From Patescibacteria group bacterium UBA6532 (GTDB taxonomy: Bacteria; Patescibacteriota; Minisyncoccia; Minisyncoccales; UBA6532), in NCBI GenBank assembly GCA_002434805.1, contig DJKW01000001.1, positions 5,805 to 69,804 on the forward strand: DNA of 64,000 nt, given 5' to 3'. The position numbers and the translations under genes were made by a program. Within the stretch, counting starts at the first letter, position 1; every line of letters starts with the position of its first letter. Positions 20,502-29,644 of the stretch are shown here, in pieces. The notes below the pieces were generated by a model. It had not been told where the DNA came from. It did not search any database and saw only the letters and a list, made by a program, of their open reading frames with translations.

Positions 20502-21366
20502 AAAAGGGCATAAAGTTACTGTTTTTGAAAAGAAAGGAGAAATCGGAAAATATACTTGCTCAGGACTCTTTTCCCAAAAAATATTAAAGTTTATCCCCCA
20601 AAGCTCTTCTTTAATTAAAAATAAAATCAGCCATACGATAATACATTTCCCTAAAAAAAGTTCTACGGTTAAATTCAAAGAACCTTTTTTTCTAATGAAT
20701 CACCCTGATTTAGATCAGCTGGTATATAAATTAGCTAAAGAGTCAGGAGCTGAAATTATTTTAAATTCTTCAATTAATTCTTTGCCAACTGGATTTGATA
20801 GGATTATCGGATGCGATGGAGCAAGTTCGTTTGTTAGAAAAAGTCTTGGGCTGGGAGAACCCTCCCTGCGTTTGGGAATTAAAGGATACTTTAAAGAGAA
20901 AAACGGCTCAAATTTTGTAGAAGCCTGGGCCAAAAAACATGGGTTTATCTGGAAAATACCGAGGGGTGAAAATATCGAATACGGTATTATGGCTCAACCA
21001 AAAGAAGCGAAAGAAATCTTTGAAAAATTTCTAATGAAAAATAATATTAAATTAGACGGGCTGACAGCTGCCTTCATACCTCAGAGATTCTTAATTCCCA
21101 AAAACCCCTCAATTACCCTTTGCGGGGATGCAGCCGGTTTAACTAAACCCTGGAGCGGAGGCGGCGTTATTTGGGGATTAAAAGCAGCTGAAATTCTTTT
21201 AGATAATTTCCCTGACTTTTTAGCTTACAGAAAGGAAGCGGCAAGATTCTTTATTCCCAAGATAGTTTTCTCAAAAGTAGCTACTAAAATAATTTACTTT
21301 TTAGGTTTCAATATTCCCGTACTCTTGCCTTCAAAAGCTAAAATAGAAAGCGATTACTTAATTTAA
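20431..21366 (+). CDS. Geranylgeranyl-reductase-family FAD-dependent oxidoreductase
   Basis: IIGAGICG Rossmann motif, CSGL, IGCDGASS, GDAAGLTKPWSGGG; adjacent to uppS. Confidence 0.85.
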   Translation: MKNTKVAIIGAGICGLYLAWKLSEKGHKVTVFEKKGEIGKYTCSGLFSQKILKFIPQSSSLIKNKISHTIIHFPKKSSTVKFKEPFFLMNHPDLDQLVYKLAKESGAEIILNSSINSLPTGFDRIIGCDGASSFVRKSLGLGEPSLRLGIKGYFKEKNGSNFVEAWAKKHGFIWKIPRGENIEYGIMAQPKEAKEIFEKFLMKNNIKLDGLTAAFIPQRFLIPKNPSITLCGDAAGLTKPWSGGGVIWGLKAAEILLDNFPDFLAYRKEAARFFIPKIVFSKVATKIIYFLGFNIPVLLPSKAKIESDYLI

Positions 21367-21383
21367 ATATTAACTTATAAAAT

Positions 21384-22103
21384 ATGATAGAAAAATCCCA
21401 GGTTATTAAAACGGTAAATAAAGAGGTGCTATACCACCTTGGAATTATTCTTGACGGAAACCGAAGATGGGCTAAATCAAAAAATCTGCCAGCTATTATT
21501 GGTCATAACGAAGGGAAAAAAAGAGTAAAAGAAGTCTGCCGCTGGTGCAAAGCCAAAGGAATAAAAATAATTACTCTTTATGCATTTTCAACCGAAAACT
21601 GGGAAAGATCTTTAAAAGAGGTTAAATTTTTAATAAAATTGATTGAAATGTCAATAAGGGAAGATATGAAAGAAATCCACCGTGAAGGATATAAAATAAA
21701 AATTATCGGAGAGAAAGATAAGCTGCCAAAATCTTTTCAAAAAGTAATAAAAGAAGCTGAAGAATTGACTAAAGATAATAAAGGAGGGATTTTAAACCTG
21801 GCTATTTCTTACGGGGGAAGATTAGATATAGTGCAAGCTGTTAAAAAGATTATAAAGAAGGGGATTTCTCCAGATGATGTTACCGAAAAAATGATAGATA
21901 AAAACCTCTGGACAGCCGACGTTCCACACCCTAATTTAATTATTAGAACCAGCGGAGAACAGCGGCTTTCGGGGTTTTTAACCTGGCAGTCAGCTTATTC
22001 TGAACTCTATTTTTCTAAAAAATTATGGCCTGACTTTACCGAAAAAGACCTAGATAAAGCCCTTAAAGAATATGCCCAGCGACAGAGAAGATTTGGAAAG
22101 TGA
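21384..22103 (+). CDS. uppS: Undecaprenyl/polyprenyl diphosphate synthase
   Basis: HLGIILDGNRRWA, YAFSTENWER, IRTSGEQRLSGFL. Confidence 0.97.
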   Translation: MIEKSQVIKTVNKEVLYHLGIILDGNRRWAKSKNLPAIIGHNEGKKRVKEVCRWCKAKGIKIITLYAFSTENWERSLKEVKFLIKLIEMSIREDMKEIHREGYKIKIIGEKDKLPKSFQKVIKEAEELTKDNKGGILNLAISYGGRLDIVQAVKKIIKKGISPDDVTEKMIDKNLWTADVPHPNLIIRTSGEQRLSGFLTWQSAYSELYFSKKLWPDFTEKDLDKALKEYAQRQRRFGK

Positions 22104-22317
22104 TTAAAAAAAAGCCTCAATTTACTTGAGGCACAAAAGATTTTATCTTTTAGTTTCCCCCTCAATATTATGACGGTTTTTCCGTTAAAGTATTACACCC
22201 TTAAAGAACAAGCTTTAAGGGTGTTTTAATAAATATAGTTCAAGCTGTTTTGGTAAAGGGGTTGATAAAATTAAAAATAAGGTTTATATTGTAAATAATT
22301 AAAGGAGGAATGAATGA

Positions 22318-22659
22318 ATGAGCCAAACAGGTTTAAGCAAGAAAGAATTATTCGAAGAATTAAAGAATCCTTCATGTAGATATATAGAATGCCTCATTGT
22401 CAACGATATAGGGAAATTGTGCGAAAATACTGACGAAAAATCCAGAAAGGAAGGGGAAGAAGCTTTAAGGGAAATACTAAAAAGCAGTAGTGACAAAATT
22501 AACAAAATCACAGCTTTTTTTTGGCTTTCTGTTTTAGAAAATTTAGGGAAGCGAACTCTTCTTACGCTGAAAGAATTTAAAAACAATCCAGATAACAAAG
22601 CTCTAGTACAAAAAGCACAACGGTCTATAGAAAAATATAAGGAAAACCAATCTAATTAA
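22318..22659 (+). CDS. Hypothetical helical protein (cassette-type unit)
   Basis: TTGATA promoter at about 22262, AGGAGG SD, GGGGTAC/GTACCCC terminator, then boundary repeat. Confidence 0.7.
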   Translation: MSQTGLSKKELFEELKNPSCRYIECLIVNDIGKLCENTDEKSRKEGEEALREILKSSSDKINKITAFFWLSVLENLGKRTLLTLKEFKNNPDNKALVQKAQRSIEKYKENQSN

Positions 22660-22725
22660 AAGGGGTACTTGTACCCCGTTTTATTTACAATCGCCAATCA
22701 GGCGGTTTTTTGATAGAATATAAAT

Positions 22726-23637
22726 ATGAAAAGAGGAATATATAAACCCTGTAAAGGAAAACTAGATTCTTGTCATGGTAAACCAATAAAGATATTGGGC
22801 ATTTCCAGCAGTAAAAGGAGCGCCAGAGGATGTGCCAGAGAAGACCCCATAAGCTTGTATTATCTTAAGCTCGCCCTAAAAACAGCAGCAAAGCAGGGAG
22901 CTAAAACCCAACTAGTTGATTTAAGGGACTTGGAGATTGGGGACTGTAAAGGATGTTACAGCACTTGTCCGGCCCAATGCCGTTTTAATGAAAAAACCAA
23001 TCAGTGCGATTGCTATCCTTTTAATGAAGATCTTATTTTTATTGACGAGAAAACCGTATTGCCAATAAAGAAGGCTTACGATAAGCTAAGTAAAAAAGAT
23101 TTCTTTGACTTGTATTATGATGAAGAAAGGTTCGCTAAAAAAGACGACATGACAATGGTTTACAAAGCAATGAGAGAGGCAGACGGCATAATCTTTGCCA
23201 CATCTACGAATTATTACGGCAGGCCAGCCATGTTCCAAGCTATGTTTTCCAGATTCTGTGCCTTAGACGGAGGAGTAGAAGAACTTTGGGGAGACGGGAA
23301 AAACTTAAAGAATTCCATAAAATACGCTAAGAATCCGAAAGCGAAGTATAAGCAAAGGCTTTACGGTAAATGGGCAGCTTTTATTAACTCCAGCAAGGAA
23401 GGAGACAGCGTAACACCAAATCTCATGAAAGCTTGCTCTATGATGGGAATGAAAATACTCCAATTAGGAGTAGCTTATAGGGTTAATTGGTACGATGACC
23501 CAGCCCATAGAAGCGATGCTAAAAACTCAAAGAAAGATGAATATGCCTTGTCTTTAGTGAATCACATTGGAAAAGAAATGGTTAAACAGATTAAAAGCGG
23601 TTCGAGAAAATACGGTCTTTACTCTAGAGTGGTTTAA
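22726..23637 (+). CDS. Multimeric flavodoxin/iron-sulfur flavoprotein (Isf/WrbA-like)
   Basis: KILGISSS, CKGCYSTCPAQC, DDMTMVY...ADGIIFATSTNY. Confidence 0.8.
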   Translation: MKRGIYKPCKGKLDSCHGKPIKILGISSSKRSARGCAREDPISLYYLKLALKTAAKQGAKTQLVDLRDLEIGDCKGCYSTCPAQCRFNEKTNQCDCYPFNEDLIFIDEKTVLPIKKAYDKLSKKDFFDLYYDEERFAKKDDMTMVYKAMREADGIIFATSTNYYGRPAMFQAMFSRFCALDGGVEELWGDGKNLKNSIKYAKNPKAKYKQRLYGKWAAFINSSKEGDSVTPNLMKACSMMGMKILQLGVAYRVNWYDDPAHRSDAKNSKKDEYALSLVNHIGKEMVKQIKSGSRKYGLYSRVV

Positions 23638-23643
23638 AGTAAA

Positions 23644-23745
23644 ATGTGGTCACTTCTTACCAAAAAAATACCCTGGTGGATGGTAATTTTAATTAGTCTT
23701 CTTTTGGGCAGCCTGCTTGTCTTATTGGAGGTTTTTTTGATATAA
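23644..23745 (+). CDS. 33-aa hydrophobic small membrane peptide (not in ORF track)
   Basis: MWSLLTKKIPWWMVILISLLLGSLLVLLEVFLI*, starts 7 nt after the upstream stop. Confidence 0.5.
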   Translation: MWSLLTKKIPWWMVILISLLLGSLLVLLEVFLI

Positions 23746-23766
23746 AAAAAGTCCGCCAGAGAAAAT

Positions 23767-24003
23767 CTAGAGCGGATTTTTACTTAGATCGCGGTCGTTG
23801 GCAAGAAGATGAACTCTTTTTCCGTCAGTGAGTTCAATAATGAGACGATGGTCTTCTGTAAGATCATGTTCTCCCTTAATTTCAACAACGATTCCTTCAA
23901 GCGTTTCCTCGGGCTCATCTGTTTTCTTATTTTTTAAAAAAATCTTATCGCCAACGGAATATTTACATTCTCCATCCAATTTCAATTCCTCATTTTTTAA
24001 CAA
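23767..24003 (-). CDS. Small hypothetical SH3/KOW-like beta protein (cassette-type unit)
   Basis: YSVGDKIFL...GIVVEI pattern; own TTGACA/TATAAT promoter at about 24015-24040. Confidence 0.55.
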   Translation of the reverse strand: MLKNEELKLDGECKYSVGDKIFLKNKKTDEPEETLEGIVVEIKGEHDLTEDHRLIIELTDGKRVHLLANDRDLSKNPL

Positions 24004-24064
24004 CTAAGCATATTATTATAAAAAATCGCCAAAATGTCAACTTTTTGTTAATATTAAGATGGTT

Positions 24065-24181
24065 ATGAAAAAATCTTTACTAAAACCGAATCAGAAAAAG
24101 AAAAGAAAGTGGGGTCTTGCCAGTCGTCTTGAACATCGGAGAATAAGGAACAAAAAGAGTAAAGGAAAGAAAAAATATTAA
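24065..24181 (+). CDS. 38-aa highly basic peptide, possibly a divergent bL34-like protein (not in ORF track)
   Basis: MKKSLLKPNQKKKRKWGLASRLEHRRIRNKKSKGKKKY*; stop abuts the sdpI start. Confidence 0.5.
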   Translation: MKKSLLKPNQKKKRKWGLASRLEHRRIRNKKSKGKKKY

Positions 24182-24182
24182 A

Positions 24183-24842
24183 ATGAAGATCATTACTAAA
24201 AAAGAGATTCTTCCAATTGCTTTAATTGCCCTAGCTTTTATCGTTGGAAGCTTTTTGTATCCTGTTTTACCAGATAAAATGCCTACTCACTGGAATATTC
24301 AAGGAGAAGTTGATGCCTGGTCAACTAAAAATTTTGGTGTTTTCTTTTTTCCGGTTATAACCTTAGGAATCTATTTTCTAATGACCTTGATTCCCTTGAT
24401 CGATCCTTTGAAAAGAAACTATCCAAAATTTCACACTCCTTATTTTTTCTTTAGGACTCTTTTTGTTTTCTTTTTTGTTGCCATTTATTTCTACACCCTT
24501 TCGGCTGCCCTGGGAACAAAAATTAATATAAACTACTTCATATTTCCTGCTATTTCGATATTGTTTATTTTAATAGGGTTATTTATTCCAAAAATAAAGA
24601 AGAATTATTTTGTCGGCATTAGAACCCCTTGGACGCTCCATTCAGAAGAAGTCTGGGATAAAACCCATCAATTTAGCGGAAAGTTGTTTGTTGCGGCCGG
24701 AATAATTGCTCTAACCAGCCTTTTCTTTCCTAAATATTCTTTTATAATGGTTATAGGACCTATCTTATCTGCTTCATTTATTTCCATAATTTATTCTTAT
24801 TTTATCTTCCGGAAAATCGGAGGATTTAATCAAAACTTATGA
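24183..24842 (+). CDS. SdpI/DUF1648 family membrane immunity protein
   Basis: [23 protein letters not shown]...VWDKTH. Confidence 0.9.
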   Translation: MKIITKKEILPIALIALAFIVGSFLYPVLPDKMPTHWNIQGEVDAWSTKNFGVFFFPVITLGIYFLMTLIPLIDPLKRNYPKFHTPYFFFRTLFVFFFVAIYFYTLSAALGTKININYFIFPAISILFILIGLFIPKIKKNYFVGIRTPWTLHSEEVWDKTHQFSGKLFVAAGIIALTSLFFPKYSFIMVIGPILSASFISIIYSYFIFRKIGGFNQNL

Positions 24843-25258
24843 ACAAAGAAATTTTAATAATCGTTTTAGTTTTAATCATTGCTGGAGCTGCTTATTATTT
24901 CATCTCCCAGCCAAAAGAAAAAGAAGAATCCCAACTTCCTAATACAGAAATTTCGGAAGAGGAGGGGACTGGCAAAATAGCTAAAAACGGCGATACTGTA
25001 AGCGTGCATTATACAGGCACCCTAGAGGATGGAACAAAGTTTGATTCAAGCTTAGACAGAGGAACGCCTTTTACTTTTACCTTAGGAATCGGCCAGGTAA
25101 TAAAAGGTTGGGATCAAGGAATTTTAGGAATGAAAGTAGGAGAGAAAAAGACGCTAACAATTACTCCGGAATTAGCTTATGGAGAAGCGGGAATACCAGG
25201 GATCATACCACCAAACGCAACGCTTATCTTTGAAGTTGAGATCATGGGAATTCAATAA
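24839..25258 (+). CDS. FKBP-type peptidyl-prolyl isomerase (membrane anchored)
   Basis: [38 protein letters not shown]. Confidence 0.95.
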   Translation: MNKEILIIVLVLIIAGAAYYFISQPKEKEESQLPNTEISEEEGTGKIAKNGDTVSVHYTGTLEDGTKFDSSLDRGTPFTFTLGIGQVIKGWDQGILGMKVGEKKTLTITPELAYGEAGIPGIIPPNATLIFEVEIMGIQ

Positions 25259-25286
25259 CTGTTATATAGTTAATATTGTGCGACAT
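25259..25286. other. dif-like Xer site, copy 2 (downstream of xer)
   Basis: CTGTTATATAG-TTAATA-TTGTGCGACAT, at the point where gene orientation switches. Confidence 0.55.
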
Positions 25287-26243
25287 TTATTCCTTTAAAT
25301 CTCTGCCGCTGTGGAATTTACGGTGAACGTCCCTAAGACGCTTATTTGTCACATGGGTGTAAATTTGAGTGCTGGTGATACTTCTATGGCCAAGAAATTC
25401 TTGAATAGTCCTTAGATCAACACCTTGATTTAATAAATCAGTAGCCATTGAGTGGCGAAGTGTATGAGGAGTGGTAAAAATAGGGATGCCAGCTAAAACT
25501 GCGTATTTTTTAACAATTCTTTCTATGGAACGGGACGTAAGACGACTCTCAGTATCCTTTTTAACTCTATAATTTATAAATAGGGCTTTTTCTTTGTCTT
25601 TGCGGGTCTCCAGATACTTCTTAATCCAAGAAAGAGCTCTGTCTGAAAAGTAAACTGTCCGAGGATGACCCCCTTTGCCAATAACTCCGAGTTCTAAATC
25701 CTTTTTATCTTTAATATTGGTAAACTGTTCTTTATTTAAAGCTTCTAATTCAGCTATTCTTAAACCGGTTGAGAATAAGGCTTCTAAAATAGCCCTGTCT
25801 CTCAAACCTTGTGGGATGCTTATATTGGGAGCCATTAAAAGCTTCTCTATTTGATCTAAAGTAAGGAATTTTACGGCTTTTTCAGTTCTAGCATCCTTTG
25901 GGAGGACTATTTTATCTGATGGAGGCGCAACTATGTCTTTGGCTGTAAAGTAGCTTAAAAGGGCTCTTAAAGCGATTAAATAGTAGTTCTGGGTGATTCT
26001 CTTTAAAGGACGTCCATTTTCTCCTTTATAACGAGATAGATACAGGCGGTAGGCCCAAATATCCTCGGAAGTAAGCTCATGAGGTAGAAGAGCATCTTTT
26101 TTGGTCTTTTTTATCCATATAACAAACTTTTGGAGATAGCGCTGATAGTTTCTTTGAGTTTTATCTGCCAAACCTTTTTCTACTTCACAATAATCTAAAA
26201 AATCTGGAATATGCTTAATAATGGGTATGTTTGATTTTTTCAT
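25287..26243 (-). CDS. Xer-family tyrosine recombinase
   Basis: Catalytic R-K-H-R-H-Y set: STGLRIAEL, GKGG, HTLRHS, LGH, TQIYTH; SAM-like N-terminus. Confidence 0.93.
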   Translation of the reverse strand: MKKSNIPIIKHIPDFLDYCEVEKGLADKTQRNYQRYLQKFVIWIKKTKKDALLPHELTSEDIWAYRLYLSRYKGENGRPLKRITQNYYLIALRALLSYFTAKDIVAPPSDKIVLPKDARTEKAVKFLTLDQIEKLLMAPNISIPQGLRDRAILEALFSTGLRIAELEALNKEQFTNIKDKKDLELGVIGKGGHPRTVYFSDRALSWIKKYLETRKDKEKALFINYRVKKDTESRLTSRSIERIVKKYAVLAGIPIFTTPHTLRHSMATDLLNQGVDLRTIQEFLGHRSITSTQIYTHVTNKRLRDVHRKFHSGRDLKE

Positions 26244-26275
26244 AATATAAGGGGACTGTTATAAAGCCCTATTAA

Positions 26276-26303
26276 ATGTCGGTTTACCACTATTGTGCGA
26301 CAT
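26276..26303. other. dif-like Xer site, copy 3 (upstream of xer, most symmetric)
   Basis: ATGTCGGTTTA-CCACTA-TTGTGCGACAT: 11-6-11 with outer ATGTCG/CGACAT inverted repeat; lies between the xer promoter and start. Confidence 0.7.
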
Positions 26304-26361
26304 TATCTATATTCATAATAACAGGCCAAAAAGGCCTGTCAACCACTTCCCCGTACCAATA

Positions 26362-26853
26362 TCACCCTCTTACTTGGAAACTATAAGGCATAACAACGCT
26401 GTAATCTTTTTTCTTAGATAAATAAAATATTTTTCTGACAAATGGATGGCTACCAGACGGCGGCTTTGAAAAAAATCTGTATTCTGAATGCTGTTCGTCC
26501 ATTTTAATCTTAAAGCTTCCTATCGGCTTAACAAGAAAACCGAATGTAATACAAAACATGTCTTTTTGATTAAACTTCCCAGGAGAACAAAATAACTCAA
26601 AGACACCCAAAAACTTCTTAATATTAATTTTCTTAATCCCCAACTCCTCTTTTACTACTCTATGAGCCGCATCTCTTATCTGCTCATTTTTATAAACCCT
26701 GCCACCAGGCGTCCACCAAAATCCTTTACAAGGAAAATGTTTTCTTTTCAATAATAGATATTTCCCTTTAGACTCTAGTAAAATATCGCAGGTTATAACC
26801 GGGGTTAATTTTGTTATTATTTTGTAGGTTTTGGGAGGAATAAATCCAGACAT
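26362..26853 (-). CDS. NUDIX hydrolase (GDP-mannose mannosyl hydrolase-like)
   Basis: WWTPGGRVYKNE...AHRVVKEELG Nudix box, DEQHSEYRF. Confidence 0.85.
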   Translation of the reverse strand: MSGFIPPKTYKIITKLTPVITCDILLESKGKYLLLKRKHFPCKGFWWTPGGRVYKNEQIRDAAHRVVKEELGIKKINIKKFLGVFELFCSPGKFNQKDMFCITFGFLVKPIGSFKIKMDEQHSEYRFFSKPPSGSHPFVRKIFYLSKKKDYSVVMPYSFQVRG

Positions 26854-26856
26854 GAT

Positions 26857-27303
26857 CTATTTTATCAACTCTTTAAATCTCTCCCAAAGACTTTTAGTAA
26901 CTCCGGGCAATTCTTCTATTAGTTCGTCTTTTTCTTTTTCAAACTCCTTTTTAATGATTGGTTTTTGTTTTTCAATTTCTATGCCAATCATATCTCGAAC
27001 TCTATACCACCAATAATCAATTTGTGGCTCTATAAAGGATATCCAAAAACTTTTTCCATAATTCCACATCTTTTGCCAAACAGGTTTAACTTCATTTTGC
27101 CATATCCCGCTTATGATACCGGGCAACTGTTCTTGAGCTTCTTTACTAAACCTCTCCCCTATTTCTTTAGCCTCTTCCATAGTTTCTGGAGCTGTTTTTA
27201 CTTCTGGGAATTCTTGAGCTAAAACCAAAGAACTTGATAAAACCAAACCAAATATTATAAATAGGGTTGACAAAATTATTATTTTTTTATATAATATATT
27301 CAT
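26857..27303 (-). CDS. Hypothetical exported protein
   Basis: Signal peptide-like MNILYKKIIILSTLF...VLA; likely start at 27303. Confidence 0.65.
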   Translation of the reverse strand: MNILYKKIIILSTLFIIFGLVLSSSLVLAQEFPEVKTAPETMEEAKEIGERFSKEAQEQLPGIISGIWQNEVKPVWQKMWNYGKSFWISFIEPQIDYWWYRVRDMIGIEIEKQKPIIKKEFEKEKDELIEELPGVTKSLWERFKELIK

Positions 27304-27318
27304 AGGATAAGATAGAAT

Positions 27319-27483
27319 ATGATTAGAATGCAAAAATTGCTAAAAGATCTTTTTTCTTGGCCATTCAAAATCTTGATATTCTCTATCTTCTATTTCTTCT
27401 TAGGCATAGCTGGTATCCTAGAAGAGAGACAAGATAGAAAGAGGAAAAATCAAGAATCTCAACGTAGTGTCGTCTTAAACTAA
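27319..27483 (+). CDS. 54-aa single-TM small protein (not in ORF track)
   Basis: MIRMQKLLKDLFSWPFKILIFSIFYFFLGIAGILEERQDRKRKNQESQRSVVLN*; perfect TTGACA-N17-TATAAT at 27267-27295. Confidence 0.5.
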   Translation: MIRMQKLLKDLFSWPFKILIFSIFYFFLGIAGILEERQDRKRKNQESQRSVVLN

Positions 27484-27496
27484 AGGAGACTCTTTT

Positions 27497-28972
27497 TTAT
27501 TTTATTAATTCCTTCGCCTCTTTTATTCTCTTTAGTACTTTTTCTTTCCCTAAAATTTCAGCTATCTCAAATGGTCCGGCTGAAGATTCTTTTCCAGAAA
27601 GAGCCGCCCTCAAAGGCCATAAAAGCTTTCCCCTATCCCCCATTCTTCCTGCTTCAATTAATAAAATCTTTTCTAAGTTTTCTTTATTAAAATTAGAAAG
27701 TTTGATTTTAGATAACAACTCTTCTAATTTATCAAGAGAATCCTTAATTTCCTCATCTGTCATCTCTTTCCATTTTAAGAGGCCTTTATTATATTCTATC
27801 TTGTCTTTGAAGAAGAAATCAACTAAGTCGGGAAGCTCAGATAACTTCTTTAATCTTTCCTGATATATTGATATAATTTTCTTTAATTGCTCTATATCTG
27901 GATCTTCTTTTATTAATTTAGCTTTTTTTAAATAAGGAATAGAAATCTCGGCTAATTTCTTTATGGATTTTTGGCGGATGTAAAAACCGTTTAAGTAATC
28001 TAATCTCTTAATATTAAATACTGCCCCTCCTTTTTGAACTTTTTCTAAAGAAAATTCTTTAACTAAAGATCTTAAAGAATAGATTTCTCTTTCTGTTCCC
28101 GGATTCCATCCCAAAAAGGCCATAAAGTTAACTATAGTTTCTGAAAGATAACCATCTTCTCGATAATCAGATACTGCTGTAGCTCCGTGCCTTTTACTTA
28201 ATTTACTGCGATCTGACCCTAAAATTAATGGCAAGTGGGCATATTCTGGCCTAGGAAAGTCTAGGGCTTCCTGAATTAAAATCTGCTTTGGGGTATTTGG
28301 AAGATGGTCTTCTCCACGAATAACGTGAGTAATCTTCATTTCAAAGTCATCTACAACCACAGCAAAATTATACAAAGGAGTAGCTAAGTCTTTAGCTATG
28401 GCAATATCCCCTATCAATAACGTATCAAATTCCAAATTACCTCGAATTAAATCTTTAAACTTCATCTTTTTTCCAGAAACTTTAAAACGAATAACAGATT
28501 TTTTTCCTTCAGCTAATCTTTTTTTTACTTCTTTCTCTGGAATCTCTCTGCACTTGCCAGAGTATTTGGCCGGCTCGCCAATACTCATTAAATACTGCCT
28601 TTCAGCTTCCAGCTCGTCTTCTGAACAAAAACAATGATAAACTTTACCTTCTTTAAAAAGCTTCTTAAGATATTTCGCATAACTGGACAGACGCTCGCTT
28701 TGTTTGTATGGGCCATATTCCCCTTTAACATCAGGCCCTTCATCCCATTTAATCCCTAACCACTTTAAATTATCAATAATATCTTTCTCCCATTTTGGGT
28801 CAGATCTCTCTAAATCCGTATCTTCTATTCTTAAAACAAAACTGCCCTCATTCTTTTTAGCAAAAAGATAATTAAAAAGGGCAGTTCGGGCAGTACCGAT
28901 GTGTAAAGTTCCCGTAGGTGAGGGTGCAATCCTCACTCTAATTTTATTTCTTTTCGGATTATTATTTGACAT
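27497..28972 (-). CDS. gltX: Glutamyl-tRNA synthetase
   Basis: RIAPSPTG..HIGT, LRIEDTD, IRGEDH, KLSKR. Confidence 0.98.
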   Translation of the reverse strand: MSNNNPKRNKIRVRIAPSPTGTLHIGTARTALFNYLFAKKNEGSFVLRIEDTDLERSDPKWEKDIIDNLKWLGIKWDEGPDVKGEYGPYKQSERLSSYAKYLKKLFKEGKVYHCFCSEDELEAERQYLMSIGEPAKYSGKCREIPEKEVKKRLAEGKKSVIRFKVSGKKMKFKDLIRGNLEFDTLLIGDIAIAKDLATPLYNFAVVVDDFEMKITHVIRGEDHLPNTPKQILIQEALDFPRPEYAHLPLILGSDRSKLSKRHGATAVSDYREDGYLSETIVNFMAFLGWNPGTEREIYSLRSLVKEFSLEKVQKGGAVFNIKRLDYLNGFYIRQKSIKKLAEISIPYLKKAKLIKEDPDIEQLKKIISIYQERLKKLSELPDLVDFFFKDKIEYNKGLLKWKEMTDEEIKDSLDKLEELLSKIKLSNFNKENLEKILLIEAGRMGDRGKLLWPLRAALSGKESSAGPFEIAEILGKEKVLKRIKEAKELIK

Positions 28973-29035
28973 AATCTCCTGCTTTTAGCTTAACATACCT
29001 TAAAAAGTTTGGGAATTAGTAAAAAAAAGGCACCA

Positions 29036-29299
29036 TTAGCTTTTATATGCTATTTTGGTGTCATTTATTGTTTTTTTTACTAAATGAGTTAAAGTTTCTC
29101 TAACTTCTATCAATTCTTTTAATGCTATTAATACTGTTAATGTCATCTGATTAATAAGAATTTTTATACGCATCAGATCCATACATTTAAGATTCCCGGA
29201 TTTAAGAAAACTATAATATAGTTCTCTTGCCCATATTCTATAGCTTCTTAAAAGAATTATTCTTTCACTCACAGTAATCGTATTTTTTTTTATGTTCAT
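29036..29299 (-). CDS. Hypothetical protein behind a long structured leader
   Basis: ORF from MNIKKNT; TTGACA/TGCTATACT promoter at about 29600-29628; hairpin terminator at about 29020-29062. Confidence 0.4.
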   Translation of the reverse strand: MNIKKNTITVSERIILLRSYRIWARELYYSFLKSGNLKCMDLMRIKILINQMTLTVLIALKELIEVRETLTHLVKKTINDTKIAYKS

Positions 29300-29424
29300 A
29301 GTCTGAGTTACCGAATTATTTACCAGTGATGATAAACAATTCGGTCGCACAGACTATTTTAATTTAAAGAACTATTCTCTTTTTCCAACTAACGAAATAC
29401 TTTCATTAGCTCGAAGAAAAGCGT

Positions 29425-29551
29425 GGGGTGGATAATATATATACTAATCTTTTCGTCCTCTGGAGAATATGAATGCTATATTGAGAACATTCTCCAGAGG
29501 ACAGCAACTCCGACTTTCTGACTCAAAGCAGTAATATTGTAATTCCACCCC
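29425..29551. ncRNA. Candidate structured ncRNA or leader (long nested hairpin)
   Basis: GGGGTGGA/TCCACCCC closing stem enclosing a perfect 14-bp stem GTCCTCTGGAGAAT/ATTCTCCAGAGGAC. Confidence 0.45.
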
Positions 29552-29644
29552 TTTTAATTTTAAAAAGTACTGTTTTTATCTTTATTCTCTTGTATTTATA
29601 GTATAGCATACCCTATCAAGCTTGTCAAGCCCTAATCCGCTTTC

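Noticed and set aside
29344-29356. GTCGCACAG as a fourth dif-like arm
   Set aside because: Only an 8-bp match with no convincing partner arm at 6-bp spacing.
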